NCBI RefSeq assembly: GCF_004010195.1
Contig: NC_057757.1
Coordinates: 6,444,600-6,479,846 of the forward strand
Length of the DNA stretch: 35,247 nt
From: Chiloscyllium plagiosum
Lineage: Eukaryota
Direction: 5' to 3'
Shown here piece after piece: positions 20,559 through 32,310 of this stretch. The position numbers and the translations under genes were made by a program. The notes under the pieces were generated by a model. It did no database searches. It was not told the origin of the DNA and saw only the letters and a program-made list of their open reading frames with translations. Position 1 is the stretch's first letter, and every line of letters starts with the position of its first letter.

Positions 20559-21045
20559 CAATACAGAGACCCCTCCCCAACTCACCGTCCCCAATACAGA
20601 GACCCCTCCCCAACTTACTGACCCCAATACAGAGACCCCTCCCCAACTTACTGACCCCAATACAGAGACCCCTCCCCAACTTACTGACCCCAATACAGAG
20701 ACCCCTCCCCAACTTACTGACCCCAATACAGAGACCCCTCCCCAACTTACTGACCCCAATACAGAGACCCCTCCCCAACTTACTGACCCCAATACAGAGA
20801 CCCCTCCCCAACTTACTGACCCCAATACAGAGACCCCTCCCCAACTTACTGACCCCAATACAGAGACCCCTCCCCAACTTACTGACCCCAATACAGAGAC
20901 CCCTCCCCAACTTACTGACCCCAATACAGAGACCCCTCCCCAACTCACCATCCCCAAAACAGAGACCCCTCCCCAACTCACCATCCCCAATACAGAGACC
21001 CCTCCCCAACTCACACTCTCCAATGCAGAGACCCCTCCCCAACTC
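20559..21045. repeat. 33-bp minisatellite, ~15 copies, runs into gap
   Basis: Unit CAATACAGAGACCCCTCCCCAACTTACTGACCC. The central copies appear identical. Confidence 0.97.
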
Positions 21046-21816
21046 NNNNNNNNNNNNNNNNNNNNNNNNNNNNNNNNNNNNNNNNNNNNNNNNNNNNNNN
21101 NNNNNNNNNNNNNNNNNNNNNNNNNNNNNNNNNNNNNNNNNNNNNNNNNNNNNNNNNNNNNNNNNNNNNNNNNNNNNNNNNNNNNNNNNNNNNNNNNNNN
21201 NNNNNNNNNNNNNNNNNNNNNNNNNNNNNNNNNNNNNNNNNNNNNNNNNNNNNNNNNNNNNNNNNNNNNNNNNNNNNNNNNNNNNNNNNNNNNNNNNNNN
21301 NNNNNNNNNNNNNNNNNNNNNNNNNNNNNNNNNNNNNNNNNNNNNNNNNNNNNNNNNNNNNNNNNNNNNNNNNNNNNNNNNNNNNNNNNNNNNNNNNNNN
21401 NNNNNNNNNNNNNNNNNNNNNNNNNNNNNNNNNNNNNNNNNNNNNNNNNNNNNNNNNNNNNNNNNNNNNNNNNNNNNNNNNNNNNNNNNNNNNNNNNNNN
21501 NNNNNNNNNNNNNNNNNNNNNNNNNNNNNNNNNNNNNNNNNNNNNNNNNNNNNNNNNNNNNNNNNNNNNNNNNNNNNNNNNNNNNNNNNNNNNNNNNNNN
21601 NNNNNNNNNNNNNNNNNNNNNNNNNNNNNNNNNNNNNNNNNNNNNNNNNNNNNNNNNNNNNNNNNNNNNNNNNNNNNNNNNNNNNNNNNNNNNNNNNNNN
21701 NNNNNNNNNNNNNNNNNNNNNNNNNNNNNNNNNNNNNNNNNNNNNNNNNNNNNNNNNNNNNNNNNNNNNNNNNNNNNNNNNNNNNNNNNNNNNNNNNNNN
21801 NNNNNNNNNNNNNNNN
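21046..21816. other. Assembly gap
   Basis: Run of N. Confidence 1.
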
Positions 21817-22170
21817 GCTCTGTCTCACACTCTCTCTCACACACTTGCTTTTTCTCACACACACTCGCTCTCACACATACATACTCTGTCTCAACACACA
21901 TACTCTCTCACACACACTCTCTCTCACACACACACTCCTCCCTCTCACACACTTACTCTCTCACACACACATCTCTCTCTCACACACTCTCTCTCACACA
22001 CTCACTCTCTCTCTCACACACACACATCCTCTCACATACATACACTTGCTCTCTCACACACGCACACCACTGTCTCTCTCACAGGCACACATACTCGCTC
22101 TCACACACATTTTCTCTCTCTCTCTCTCTCTGACACACACGTGCTCTCTCTCTCACACTCCCTCTCTCCT
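21817..22170. repeat. (CT)n/(CA)n low-complexity tract
   Basis: Mixed dinucleotide runs. Confidence 0.92.
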
Positions 22171-22329
22171 CAGAGCGTCATTATCTCCCCAGCCCCTCAA
22201 CAACCACGGGCAAAGACAAGGGTGAGAAAGCACCTTGTTACACCCAAAGGGCCAATACTGGACATACGTTTTAAATGCATTCTTGGGCCTGATTGGCCAA
22301 ACATTTATTGCACCCTTGAGAGGTTGGGG

Positions 22330-23598
22330 TGAGCCCGCTGCAGTGTGTGTGCTGTGGGTAGACCCACAATGCCCTTAGGGAGTGAGCTGCAGGATTCTGA
22401 CCCAGTGACACTGAAGGAACACCGATATATTTCCAGGTCAGGATGGGGAGTGACTCAGAGGGGAACTTGCAGGGGATGGTGTTCCCATGTATCTGCTGCC
22501 CTTGTCCTTCCAGATGGAAGTGCTCATGGGTTTGGAAGGTGCTGTCTGCGGATCTTTGGTGATGGTACACCCTGCTGTTACTGAGCATCGGTGGTGGAGG
22601 GAGGGGATGCTTGTGGACGTGGGGCCAATCCAGTAGGGGGCTGCTTTGTCCCTGGATGGTGACGAGCTTCTCGAGTGTTGTTGGAGCTGCCCCCATCCAG
22701 GGGCGAATGGGAAGTATTCCCTCACATTCCTGACTTGTGGGTGTTAGACAGGCTTTGGGGAGTCAGGAGGAGAGTTACTCGCTGCAGGATTCCTCGCCTC
22801 TGACTTGCTCATGTGTACATTGGCGAGACCATGCGTAAACTCAGGGCACGTCTCACCAAGTATCTCAGCCGGGCCCGCAGGAGCCGACTGGACGTCCCAG
22901 TCCCGGCCCATTTTAATTCCCCCTCCCCCTCCCTTTCCAACATGACCATCCTTGGCCTCCTCCATTGCCACAACGAACCACACCGCAAAATGGAGGAACA
23001 ACACCTCATCTCCCGCCTGGGCAGCCTACAGCCCGGACGACTCATCATTGGGTTCTCCAATTCCAATACACCTATCCCCACCTCACCACCTTGCTCGCGC
23101 CACCCCCTTTATCTACAGCTCCCCCCACACCCACCACCAGTCCTGAAGAAGGATCACACCCTGAAAAGTTGACCTGTCCACCTCCTGATGCTGCCTGGGC
23201 TTGCTGTGTTCCTCCAGCCTGTCTGATCTGACCTGCTCTGGTAGCCGTTGTGTTTACGTGGTGATTTCAGCTGAGTTTCTGATCAATGGCAACCCCCAGG
23301 ATGTTGATTGCGGGGTGGGGGGCGGAATTCAGTGATGGTAATACCACTAAATGTCAAGGGGCCAGTGGGCAGAGTGGTGATGGTCACAGCCTGGCATTTG
23401 TGTGGCACAAATGATACTCGCCACTTGTCAGCCCAAGCCTGGATATTATCCCCATCTTGTTACGTTTGGACACGGAGTGCTTCAGTACCTGAGGAGTGGC
23501 GAATTGTACCGAACTTTGTACAATCATCGGCGAACATCCCCACTTCTGGCCTTATGATGGAGGGAAGGTCATTGCTGAAGGTGGCTGGGCCTAGGACA
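22330..23598 (-). mobile_element. Decayed CR1/L2-group LINE, split by a Penelope insertion at 22811-23226
   Basis: Reverse homologue of 8698-9520. The reversed SEVGMFADD motif (tcatcggcgaacatccccacttctg) lies near 23524-23548. Confidence 0.82.
22811..23226 (+). mobile_element. Penelope-like element 3' fragment: GIY-YIG endonuclease remnant plus terminal repeat
   Basis: YIGETMRKLRARL...VPAHFNS...MEEQHLISRLGSLQPG. A degenerate hammerhead core has CTGAAGA at 23143-23149 and GAAA at 23163-23166. TSD TCTGAC(T/C)TGCTC at 22799-22810 and 23227-23238. Confidence 0.9.
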
Positions 23599-23619
23599 GT
23601 ATTTTCCCAAAGGAAGGTT

Positions 23620-23672
23620 CAGGTGGTAGTGTCCCTACGTCTGACCCAGGAGACTCAGGTCCAATTCCCACT
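23620..23672 (+). mobile_element. tRNA-derived SINE head fragment
   Basis: gtggtagtgtccctac...caggagactcaggtccaattcccac shows A/B-box-like spacing. Confidence 0.45.
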
Positions 23673-23754
23673 GCTTTAATCCCACTCTCTGATTTGAAGC
23701 TGCCTCATTTACTGAAGGCCCCAGTGGTTCTCGTTTTGGGTTCGCTCACCTCTA

Positions 23755-24113
23755 AACTTGAGAGGGTTCAGAAAAGATTTACAAGGATGTTGCCAGGATC
23801 AGAGGGTCTGAGCCACAGGGAGAGGCTGAACAGGCTGGGGCTGTTTTCCCTGGAGTGTCGGAGGCTGAGGGGTGACCTTATAGAGGTTTACAAAATCATG
23901 AGGGGCATGGATAGGGTGAATAGACAAAGTCTTTTCCCTGGGGTGGGGGAGTCCAGAACTAGAGGGCAGAGGTTTAGGATGAGAGGGGAAAGATATAAAA
24001 GAGACCTAAGGGGCAACTTTTTCACGCAGAGGGTGGTACGTGTATGGAATGAGCTGCCAGAGGAAGTGGTGGAGGCTGGTACAATTGCAACATTTAAGAG
24101 GCATTTGGATGGG
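23755..24113 (+). mobile_element. CR1 LINE 3' fragment, ends at the gap 24114-24189
   Basis: KLERVQKRFTRMLPG...LFSLECRRLRGDLIEVYKIM...FFTQRVVRVWNELPEEVV. Confidence 0.95.
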
Positions 24114-24451
24114 NNNNNNNNNNNNNNNNNNNNNNNNNNNNNNNNNNNNNNNNNNNNNNNNNNNNNNNNNNNNNNNNNNNNNNNNNNNNCCACTATCTCT
24201 GTGACCATCCCCTGCCACCTCAAATGTGGCTTTTATCTGCTGAAGTAAAGTTAAACGGTCACCTTATCACCATGGCCCAGTGCCTTCAGACCGTGGCTCT
24301 TCCCAGCTTGTCAGCCACCTCGAATTTACCACATGCAAGAATCAGCCGTTCGGTCCATCTGCTCTGTACTAGCCCTGGAACAACTTCTTCTCCTTCCCCA
24401 CCACCTCCTCTCTTCCCTCACCCTCCCGCCAATACAGCTTCTCCTTAACTC

Positions 24452-24753
24452 ATGGGTGGCTCAGTGGTGAGCACTGCTGCCTCACAGTGCCAGGGACCTG
24501 GGTTCAATTCCTGCCTCAGGCAACTGTCTGTGTGGAGTTTGCACATTTTCCCCGTGTCTGTGTGGGTTTGCTCCGGTTTCCTCCCACAGTCCAAAGATGT
24601 GCAGGTCAGGTGAATTGGCCATGCTAAATTGCCCGTAGTGTCACGTGAAGGGGTAAATGTAGGGGAATGGGTCTGGGTGGTTTGCTTTTCGGAGGGTCAG
24701 TGTGGACTTATTGGGCCAAAGTTTCCACACTGTAAGTTATCTATCTATCTAAT
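24452..24753 (+). mobile_element. Near full-length V-SINE (HE1-like) with 8-bp TSD
   Basis: tRNA head, V domain, CR1-like tail and (ATCT)n end. CTTAACTC lies at 24444-24451 and 24754-24761. Confidence 0.92.
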
Positions 24754-25519
24754 CTTAACTCTATCCTCCCTATCCACCTCAATTCCCCGTGGGAGCGAGT
24801 CCCGCTGTTCCCTGACTGTATTTACTGAGGTGTTTATTTCAAATATATACTTTGTTCACAGCAAAAACATCTTCATCGTCACAAACGCAGTTCCATTCTG
24901 CACATCCCAGAAACAAACACTGGAGTTTGACTCTATCCAAAAACTAGACCAAATGCATCCCTCTTCGACAAATACCACCCCTCACTTCTGTGCCCCTTCC
25001 AGTACAATCTCATCTCCGCTCTCTTCCCCAATGTCAAAGACCTGTAACTCCGAGCAGACCCTCGGAATCTTCCCCTCAAATTGCCCTATCCCCTCAAAGT
25101 TGGGGCGAGTCCCTAAGGTAGATGGGAGTTACCCTGTCTCCGGGGCACACCAAGGGTTAATCAGGCAGCTCAGGGGGTGGGAGGAGACAGATCAGCCAAT
25201 GGCTGACGAGCTCTCAGTAAATTGGGCAAGGGCTCGTCTCTGTGACTCCTCTGACACTTGGGACACGGACTGCTGGTGGGTGAGTTGTCCTTTTAATGTG
25301 CAATTGCTCCTCGTCTTGGTTCGTGTCAGAGTGGGGAAAGGTGTGGGAGAGGGTGTTTAATCAGGAAGGGGATCTGAACCCCCCCCCCCACGCCCCAGAA
25401 AGAGAGAGGCGGGGGGGGCTATTTCCGAAGCAGCTTCTAGCTGGAGAGGAACAGGCAATTGTCATATGTAGAATTGTAAAATGCTACACTTAGAGTTCAC
25501 TGAGTCTAGAACCATCTGA

Positions 25520-26285
25520 GCTCAGTGCTGTTCAGGACATTGGTTCGGCCACTTTTGGAGTACCGTGTACAATTCTGATTGCCTTCCGGTAAGAAGGATG
25601 TTAGAAAACTGGGAAAGGTGCAGAAAAGGGACTGGATGGTTTGAGAGGCTGGGGCTGTTTTCCCTGGAGTGTCGGAGGCTGAGGGGTGACCTTATAGGAG
25701 TTTACAAAATCATGAGGGATGGGGTAAATAGAGTCATAGAGATGTACAGCACGGAAACAGACCCTTCGGCCCAATGCCGACCAGATATCCCGAGAAAAGG
25801 GACTGGATGGTTTGAGAGGCTGGGGCTGTTTTCCCTGGAGTGTCGGAGGCTGAGGGGTGACCTTATAGGGGTTTACAAAATCATGAGGGATGGGGTAAAT
25901 AGAGTCATAGAGATGTACAGCATGGAAACAGACCCTTCGGCCCAATGCCGACCAGATATCCCGACCCAAGTAAACCTTTTCTGAAGTAGCCACGCTTTTA
26001 TCCCCCAGGGTAAGGGAGTGCAAAACCAGAGGTTTAAGGCGAGAGAGGAATGAGTTAAGAAGGGACCCAAGGGGCAACGTTTTCACGCAGAGGTTGGTGG
26101 GTGTCTGGAAGGAGCTGGGAGACAAAGTGCCGGGGGCTGGTACTATTATATTACAAAGATAAGGTCACGGAAAACAGAAGGGTTTACAGGGAAATGGGCC
26201 AAATGCAGGCAAGGGGGACAGGTTCAGTTTGGGAAACGTAGATGAGTTGGGCCGAAGGGTCTGTTTCCGTGCTGTACGACTCTGT
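25520..26285 (+). mobile_element. Decayed CR1 3' fragment with a nested inverted tail and a 171-bp tandem duplication
   Basis: ERLGLFSLECRRLRGDLIGVYKIM occurs twice. The units are 25622-25792 and 25793-25963. Confidence 0.88.
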
Positions 26286-26764
26286 TGAGGGCACCAACTC
26301 ACCCGAAAGAGTAACGTCAAAGAGTGCGGGGATAGAGAGGGCAGAGGACGCGCTAAGGGTCAGGGGGAGCTCCCGAGGAACGGGGCTCTCGGCTTTGGAC
26401 CGCACCCCTCCTCAGCTGGACAGACCGGGTAGCCCTGCTCAAACTCACCAGGAGCTGAAACTCCCTTGCGTGGAGAGAATGAAGGTGCAAGCTCAACCAG
26501 GTGGATCGAAAAGGATCCGAAAAACTCAGACATGTTTGCTGTTTGAGCTAGGGGTGGCGGGATTGGGGGGAGGGAAGTTGGCAGGAGGAGAACGGCTGTG
26601 AGTTGACTGGGCGCTAGGCAAATGCACGTCCATGTTGCTGTTCCCGCCTGCAGTTGTGAGATAGGGCAGTCTGGGGGCCATTGATGGCTGCTGAGGGGGA
26701 GACGATGATGTAGCTGTGATCCAGAACCCTGGGCTCACACCATAACGACAGGAGCTACAAATTG

Positions 26765-27175
26765 GGGTGGCACGATGGCTCAGTGGTTAGCACCGCTGCC
26801 TCACAGCGCCACGGAACCAGGTTTGATTCCAACCTCAGGCGACTGTCTGTGTGGAGTTTGCACATTCTCCCCGTGTCTGCGCGGGTTTCCTCCGGGTGCT
26901 CCGCTAAATTGCCCCGTAGTGCCCAGGGATGTGCAGGTTAGGGTGGATTGGCCGTGCTAAATTACCCGTAGTGCCCAGGGATGTGCAGGTTAGGGTGGAT
27001 TGGCCGTGCTAAATTACCCATAGTGTTCAAGGATGTCTAAGTCAGGGGGGATTAGTCAGGAGTAAATATAGAGTAATAGGGAACGGGTTTGGTTGGGATA
27101 CTCTCCAGAGGGTCGGTGTGGACTTGTTGGACCGAATGGCCTGTTTCCACACTGTAGGGATTCTAGGATTCTATT
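26765..27175 (+). mobile_element. V-SINE with ~3 tandem copies of the 52-bp internal unit
   Basis: Head and partial V domain, then repeated ctaaatt(g/a)ccc(g/a)tagtgcccagggatgtgcaggttagggtggattggccgtg, then the tail. Confidence 0.9.
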
Positions 27176-27304
27176 AAATCCCATTTAAAAAAACCTCGAC
27201 TTAAACATTTAGCCTAAGCTGTCACTTGTGGTAGGAGTTTGTAGGTTGTGTATTTGCCCGTTCGATGGATCCTTCAGGTATTCAACTGAATCGAAAGGCT
27301 GTCT

Positions 27305-27460
27305 TTGTGACACTGTCATCGATGGCTGTGGACTCTATCATGCCTCTTTAGGGAGGTACATCCACCCCCGCCCAGCCTACATGTGACTTCAAGCCCCACA
27401 GCCATGCCCCTCTGACAGGGCCCAGAGTTCAGTCCAAGGTGTAATTAGGGGTGGGCAACT
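27305..27460 (+). mobile_element. Degraded Deu-type SINE fragment
   Basis: ctttagggagg...gcctacatgtgacttcaagccccacagc is related to 33960-34290. Confidence 0.5.
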
Positions 27461-28399
27461 TGAAGGGGCGAGGGGGAGCATGGAAATGCAAAAGGATGAA
27501 GGGGAATGGGGTGGTGGTGAAGGAATGAGGGGCTAAGTCCCCAGCTAGCCTGCGACATTCCTGGATTGGATGCCACATGGTTCTGAGGTAAAGTGCTCTC
27601 GATGCACGTATTTCAAAGTCACCCCCCTCACTATCTCGCTATTCCCCTCCTCCTGCAGGCCTGTGGGTCTTCACGTCCCTACAAATCCGACCTCTTTAAG
27701 TGTCTCCCCTACCACCCATGGGCTTAAATCCCCCCCCCCCCGCCATTGCCCACTGCTCCTTTAGCTGCCTGGAACTCCCTCCTTCAACCTCTCCACTTCC
27801 GTCTCTCTCTCTCGCTCCCTCTTGAATCGGGGGTGGAGGAGGGGTCCTCGTTTCTCCTGAGTTGGCCCAGGATCCTGCGAAGCACTTGGACGCAAAAGGG
27901 TGCTAGGGGAATGCACATTGATGTTGCTGCTCCGTCTGCAGCTGTGAGATATGGGTGCACTGCCTTCTCGCTGACTAATGGCCCTCAGTCTCTGGGAGGG
28001 CGGGCATTAATCCTTTGCGGTTTTCATGCTTTTGGCGATGTTTTGTTAAGCAGCCTACTCTGGCCCGTAGCCTGCAGACATTTGGCACGGTAACTGGCAA
28101 CCGAACCGCTAACACATGGGCGGTTCCTCACGCGCTTTGGGAGGCGGGTTCGATGGGGTCGGTTAGGCCAAGCTCAGTTTACCCGAAGCAGGGGTACAAA
28201 CGAGACGTATAAAACCCTCTCACGCTAAGGACTGACAGATCGTGACAGGCAGGAGCCTCCTTTACCGAGAGGAAATGGCTGATCATGGGACCTCTGAGAG
28301 AGGGCTGCTAAAATGACCAACGGGTAGACATACAAAACAGTCACCCAATTCAGGAAAACGTCTGCGATTTATTTTCTCGTTTATGCTTTCACAGCACAA

Positions 28400-28610
28400 C
28401 GTTTGTTACCCATTCCTAATTTGGCCACGCCACTCACTTCCCGGGCGTTTCAGACAGCAATGACGTGTCGGCCATCTTGCTGCAGGGCTCGGGTCAGGTG
28501 TAGGCCGAAGCCAGGGTCAGGACAGATTTTTCCCTCCCCAAAGGGCCATTAGCAAATCAGATGGGGCTTTTCTTTACGGTGGTTGGCGCCTTCCAAATTC
28601 AGTTGAACAC
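28400..28610 (-). mobile_element. Degraded Deu-type SINE fragment
   Basis: tgtaggccgaagccaggg...cagatttttccctccccaaagggccattag is the reverse of the same core. Confidence 0.45.
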
Positions 28611-30809
28611 CTGGAGGAGGTAGGGTATGTTGAAAGGCAGACACGAGAAGATCCACCCTGACACCTTTCCCCGGCCGCCATCGCTTCCTTTGTCAGCCAA
28701 GAATCTACCTCTGCCTTAGTCAGGTCACAATGTAGAGCGTCCCTGCAGTGTATAAATCCCAGAGGGGCTGAATGGCCTGTTTGACGGCGACTGGAACGTT
28801 AGGTTATCCGAGGATTTTTCCACAGTCCGAAGGTGGGTAAACCAGAAGCTATTGTCATTGGCTGCTGCAGCGTCAGCCCTCTTTTGGTAGGCCTCAAAGC
28901 CTGCTTGGGGTTCACAAGACCCTGGCTCTGAATCCCACTCAGCCTCCACTGGCAAGAGGCGACCTTTTAACAGCTAAGGGATCTTGCTGTGCACGGGTCG
29001 GCCGCAGACATTTCCCGATACAACCCAAAATGGCAGCACGTCGATTTGGCAGCATCACAAGCGGGTGGATGAAGCCAGGGAGATGTCAAACTCAATCCTT
29101 TCCACTCTGACTGACTGACCAGCAGGGGACTGGCGGTGCTCGCCAAGGCCTTCTGGAAAGTTCCACATGTCGGCTCCCACGCGCTGACAGCGGGAAAACA
29201 GTCATGCAGCTCCGCCCGTCAGCCAGCCCTCCCCAAGGTCATACCCAACACCGTCCTGATTGCTAACCCAGCCTTGAGACCCACTCCGCTTCCTGTGGTG
29301 GTCAGTGGGCGGTCGCCATGGAGATGGGAGTGAGGAGAGGGGCCTTGCAGAGATGTGGGCCGTTCCCACTCTGCCTGTCTCCCTAAAAACTGCCCCAGCA
29401 CGGGATAGAAGCCCGAGGGAAAACGTAGGCCGTTCGGCCTATCGAACCTACACGCCATTCTTAGAAATGTGGACAACAGGATCAGGAGCAGGCCATTCAG
29501 CCCTCAGAATGGGGTACCAGGAACAGAGCCCCCCCGGTCCGGTGTCACACACTGTACCCCCAACTCAGCCGGGGGAATTTTTAGAATCGCCCTGCTCCGT
29601 GGCCTCAGCCGTAATGAAAGTGACATGCATTTATGTAGCGACCTTTTGGAAACAAAAACGTACCAGCCAGGCCCTCCGCGGCAGTGATTACCCGAAAGAA
29701 ACCGAGGCGCGGTAGCAAGGGGGTGACCTGGGCAGCAGTTAAAATCCGAGGGAGCTAGAGGGGCTGCCGATGTTGGAGGGCAGAGATGTCAGAGAGAGAG
29801 GGACGTGGGGATGAAGGACAAGCAGGGGAGAATTTTAAAATGGAGGCATTGGTGGACTGGAATGGGGGGGGGATGGTGTGGCAGTGTGAGCGTAGGGGCT
29901 GGCGATACATAGGTGGAATGTGGGCCCACAGAGGTCAGGCTGATCCAGAGCCCGGGGAAGGATGGACATCTCCATAACCTTTATTGTGGTGGGCACCTTC
30001 AGTGTGAGGAGGGTGTAGGGAATTGACCTCCACTCTCTGGGATACTGAATCCTCGATCTGTGACGTTCGAGGTAAATGAGTAGTGAGAGGCAGACGGGCC
30101 AGATGACCTTCAGCCTTTGACCCTTGTGACAGCGGCCATATTCTGGGGCCACCTACATCGAAACCGCGTACATTGAACTCCCCCCCCCGCCACTTCCTGC
30201 CCCAAGTCGAAGGTCTGGAGATCGAATCCGGCTGGTATTCCAGGGAGACTATTCCCTGACACGTGGCTCCCCCTCCCCCACCCTGAGAGCTCTCTCTGCC
30301 TCTCACGCACGTCCCAAATCGCGTGGACCTTGCCCCTTGACCCACGACTCTGGAAGAAATAGCGCAAAGATAATTACAGCACAACAACAGACCCTTCGGC
30401 CCACCAAGCCTGGGCTGATTCCTTTATCAGACCCATTACTTGACCGCTTTCTACAAAGGGAATAAAGAATAGGAACAGTGGTAGGCCATTTGGCCCCTCG
30501 AGCCTGTTCTGACCCCCCATTGAACTTCATCAGGGAGACTTTGGATGTGGTCTGTCCGCACTGCGCCTTGGACAGTAACTATCCCAAACCTTCAATTCCT
30601 CCAATTCTGGTCTGACGGACATCAAAAATTTAAGACTGCGAGTCAGGCTGTGGTGAGGCTATTCTACAGTGGGAGCTATCACACTCGCTTGGAGAGGGGA
30701 GACGGGAGAAGGGGTTCAGTGACTGGGAGGGTCTCATGGTCGAATTTATTTTGCAAATTACAGGGGTGGGGGGGGTGGAGGAGGAGGGAGCACGTTTGCA
30801 AATTTTTCT

Positions 30810-31080
30810 TTTCACGGGACGTGGGCATTGCTGGCTGGGAGCAGCACGTGTTTCCCATCCCTATCTGCCCCTCAAGGGGCTGGCTCGTTCACCTCACTGT
30901 GGGTGTGGAGTCACGTGTAGGTACACACCACGTAAGAGTGGCAGATCCCATTCCCTCACTCCGTCAACCTGATTGGATGTTTATAGACAATTGAATTGAG
31001 AGCTGCCAATGGTGGGAACTGAACCCATGGCCAGAGCTGTAGATCACTGGCCCAGAGACGTTCCCACTGCACCGTCACCG
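30810..31080 (-). mobile_element. Degraded Deu-type SINE
   Basis: tgtgggtgtggagtcacgtgtagg...gtggcagatcccattccctc, followed by a reversed B-box-like tgggaactgaaccc. Confidence 0.5.
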
Positions 31081-31107
31081 TTCAACGCTGGGTATTCCAA
31101 CTGAATT

Positions 31108-31697
31108 ATAGAATCCCCTACAGTGTGGAAACAGGCCCTTCGGCCCAACAAGTCCACACTGACCTCCCCAAAGAGTAACCCATCCAGACCCATTCCCCTA
31201 CCCTGTTACTCTCTATTTATCCCTAATTAATCCACCTAACCTACGCATCCCTGAACATGATGGGTAATTTAGCACGGCCAATCCACCCTAACTTATACAT
31301 CCCTGAACACTATGGTTAATTTACACGGCCAATCCACCCTAACCTGCACATTCCTGAACACTATGGGTAATTTAGCATGGCCAATCCACCCTAACCTGCA
31401 CATCCCTGAACACTATGGGTAATTTAGCACGGCCAATCCACCCTAACCTGCATATCCCTGAACACTATGGGTAATTTAGCACGTCCAATCCACCCTGACC
31501 TGCATATCCCTGGGCACTATGGGTAATTTTCCATGCCCAATCCACCCTGACCTGCACATCTTTGGATTGTGGGAGGAAACCCACGCAGACACAGGGAGAA
31601 CGTGCAAACTCCTACACAGACAGTCGCCCGAGGCTGGAATTGAACCTGGGTCCCTGGCAGCGTGAGGCAGCGGTGCTCACCACTGAGCCACCGTCCC
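31108..31697 (-). mobile_element. V-SINE containing six tandem 52-bp units (31252-31560)
   Basis: Reversed tail, array with unit starts at 31252, 31304, 31355, 31407, 31459 and 31511, V domain and tRNA head. Confidence 0.92.
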
Positions 31698-31884
31698 GTC
31701 TAGTTTGTTCAAAAATAACGCAGCAGATCCTATACATGGGGCAGGTCTCTCCCGGTTTACCAGAACCACTTTAATTTAGTTTTGCCCCATATCTTTCCCA
31801 AATCCTTCTCCTGCCCAGGGTGGGTCTGATCTGGGGTGGGATAGAATGTTAAAGCTGACTTGAGTTGGACTCAGAATAGCGAGA

Positions 31885-32310
31885 GGCCGAGATGGAGTGG
31901 AGATTTTTCCACTAGGTGGGAGAGAGCAAGGCCTGAGGGCACTACCTCAGGGTGAATGGATGACCTGAGATGAGGAGGAACCTCTTTAGCCAAAGGGTGG
32001 GGAGTGATTTGCCCCAGAGGACTGTGGAGGGTAAATCATTGAGTGTCTTTAAGACAGAGATGGAGAGGTTTCAAATTGGTGAGGGGGGAATTCAAGGGTT
32101 ACGGGGTGGGGGAAGGCAGGAGAATGTGGTTGAGAAGCATGTCAGCCATGATGGAATGGTGGAGCTGACTCGAGGGGTCGAATGGACTAATTCTGCTCCT
32201 GTGGTATGAAGCTCTATTTAAGGAAGCAAGGCCCCATGGGGGGGGACAAGAGGAGTTGAGGTTGATCAGTTCAGCCATGGTTCGATGGGTCGAATGGTCC
32301 AATTCTGCTC
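31885..32310 (+). mobile_element. Old CR1 3' end, tail present twice
   Basis: MRRNLFSQRV...LPQRTVE..SLSVFKTEMERF, followed by two tcagccatg...ggtcgaatgg...aattctgctc tails. Confidence 0.78.

Noticed and set aside
20415..22225. IQRPLPNLLTP and VSWGGVSVLGS repeat proteins
   Set aside because: They come from a 33-bp minisatellite (a multiple of 3) plus an N gap, with no synonymous variation and no gene context.
23694..24248. Active LINE ORF2
   Set aside because: Only a C-terminal fragment is present. No CR1 copy in the window has a complete endonuclease plus RT.
24452..24525. tRNA gene (likewise the heads at 16397, 16887, 26765 and ~31620)
   Set aside because: These are tRNA-derived SINE heads. 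The fuller copies continue into the V domain, and no intact cloverleaf is evident.
24629..25360. 243-aa ORF
   Set aside because: It starts at a non-ATG codon inside a SINE and has no recognisable domain.
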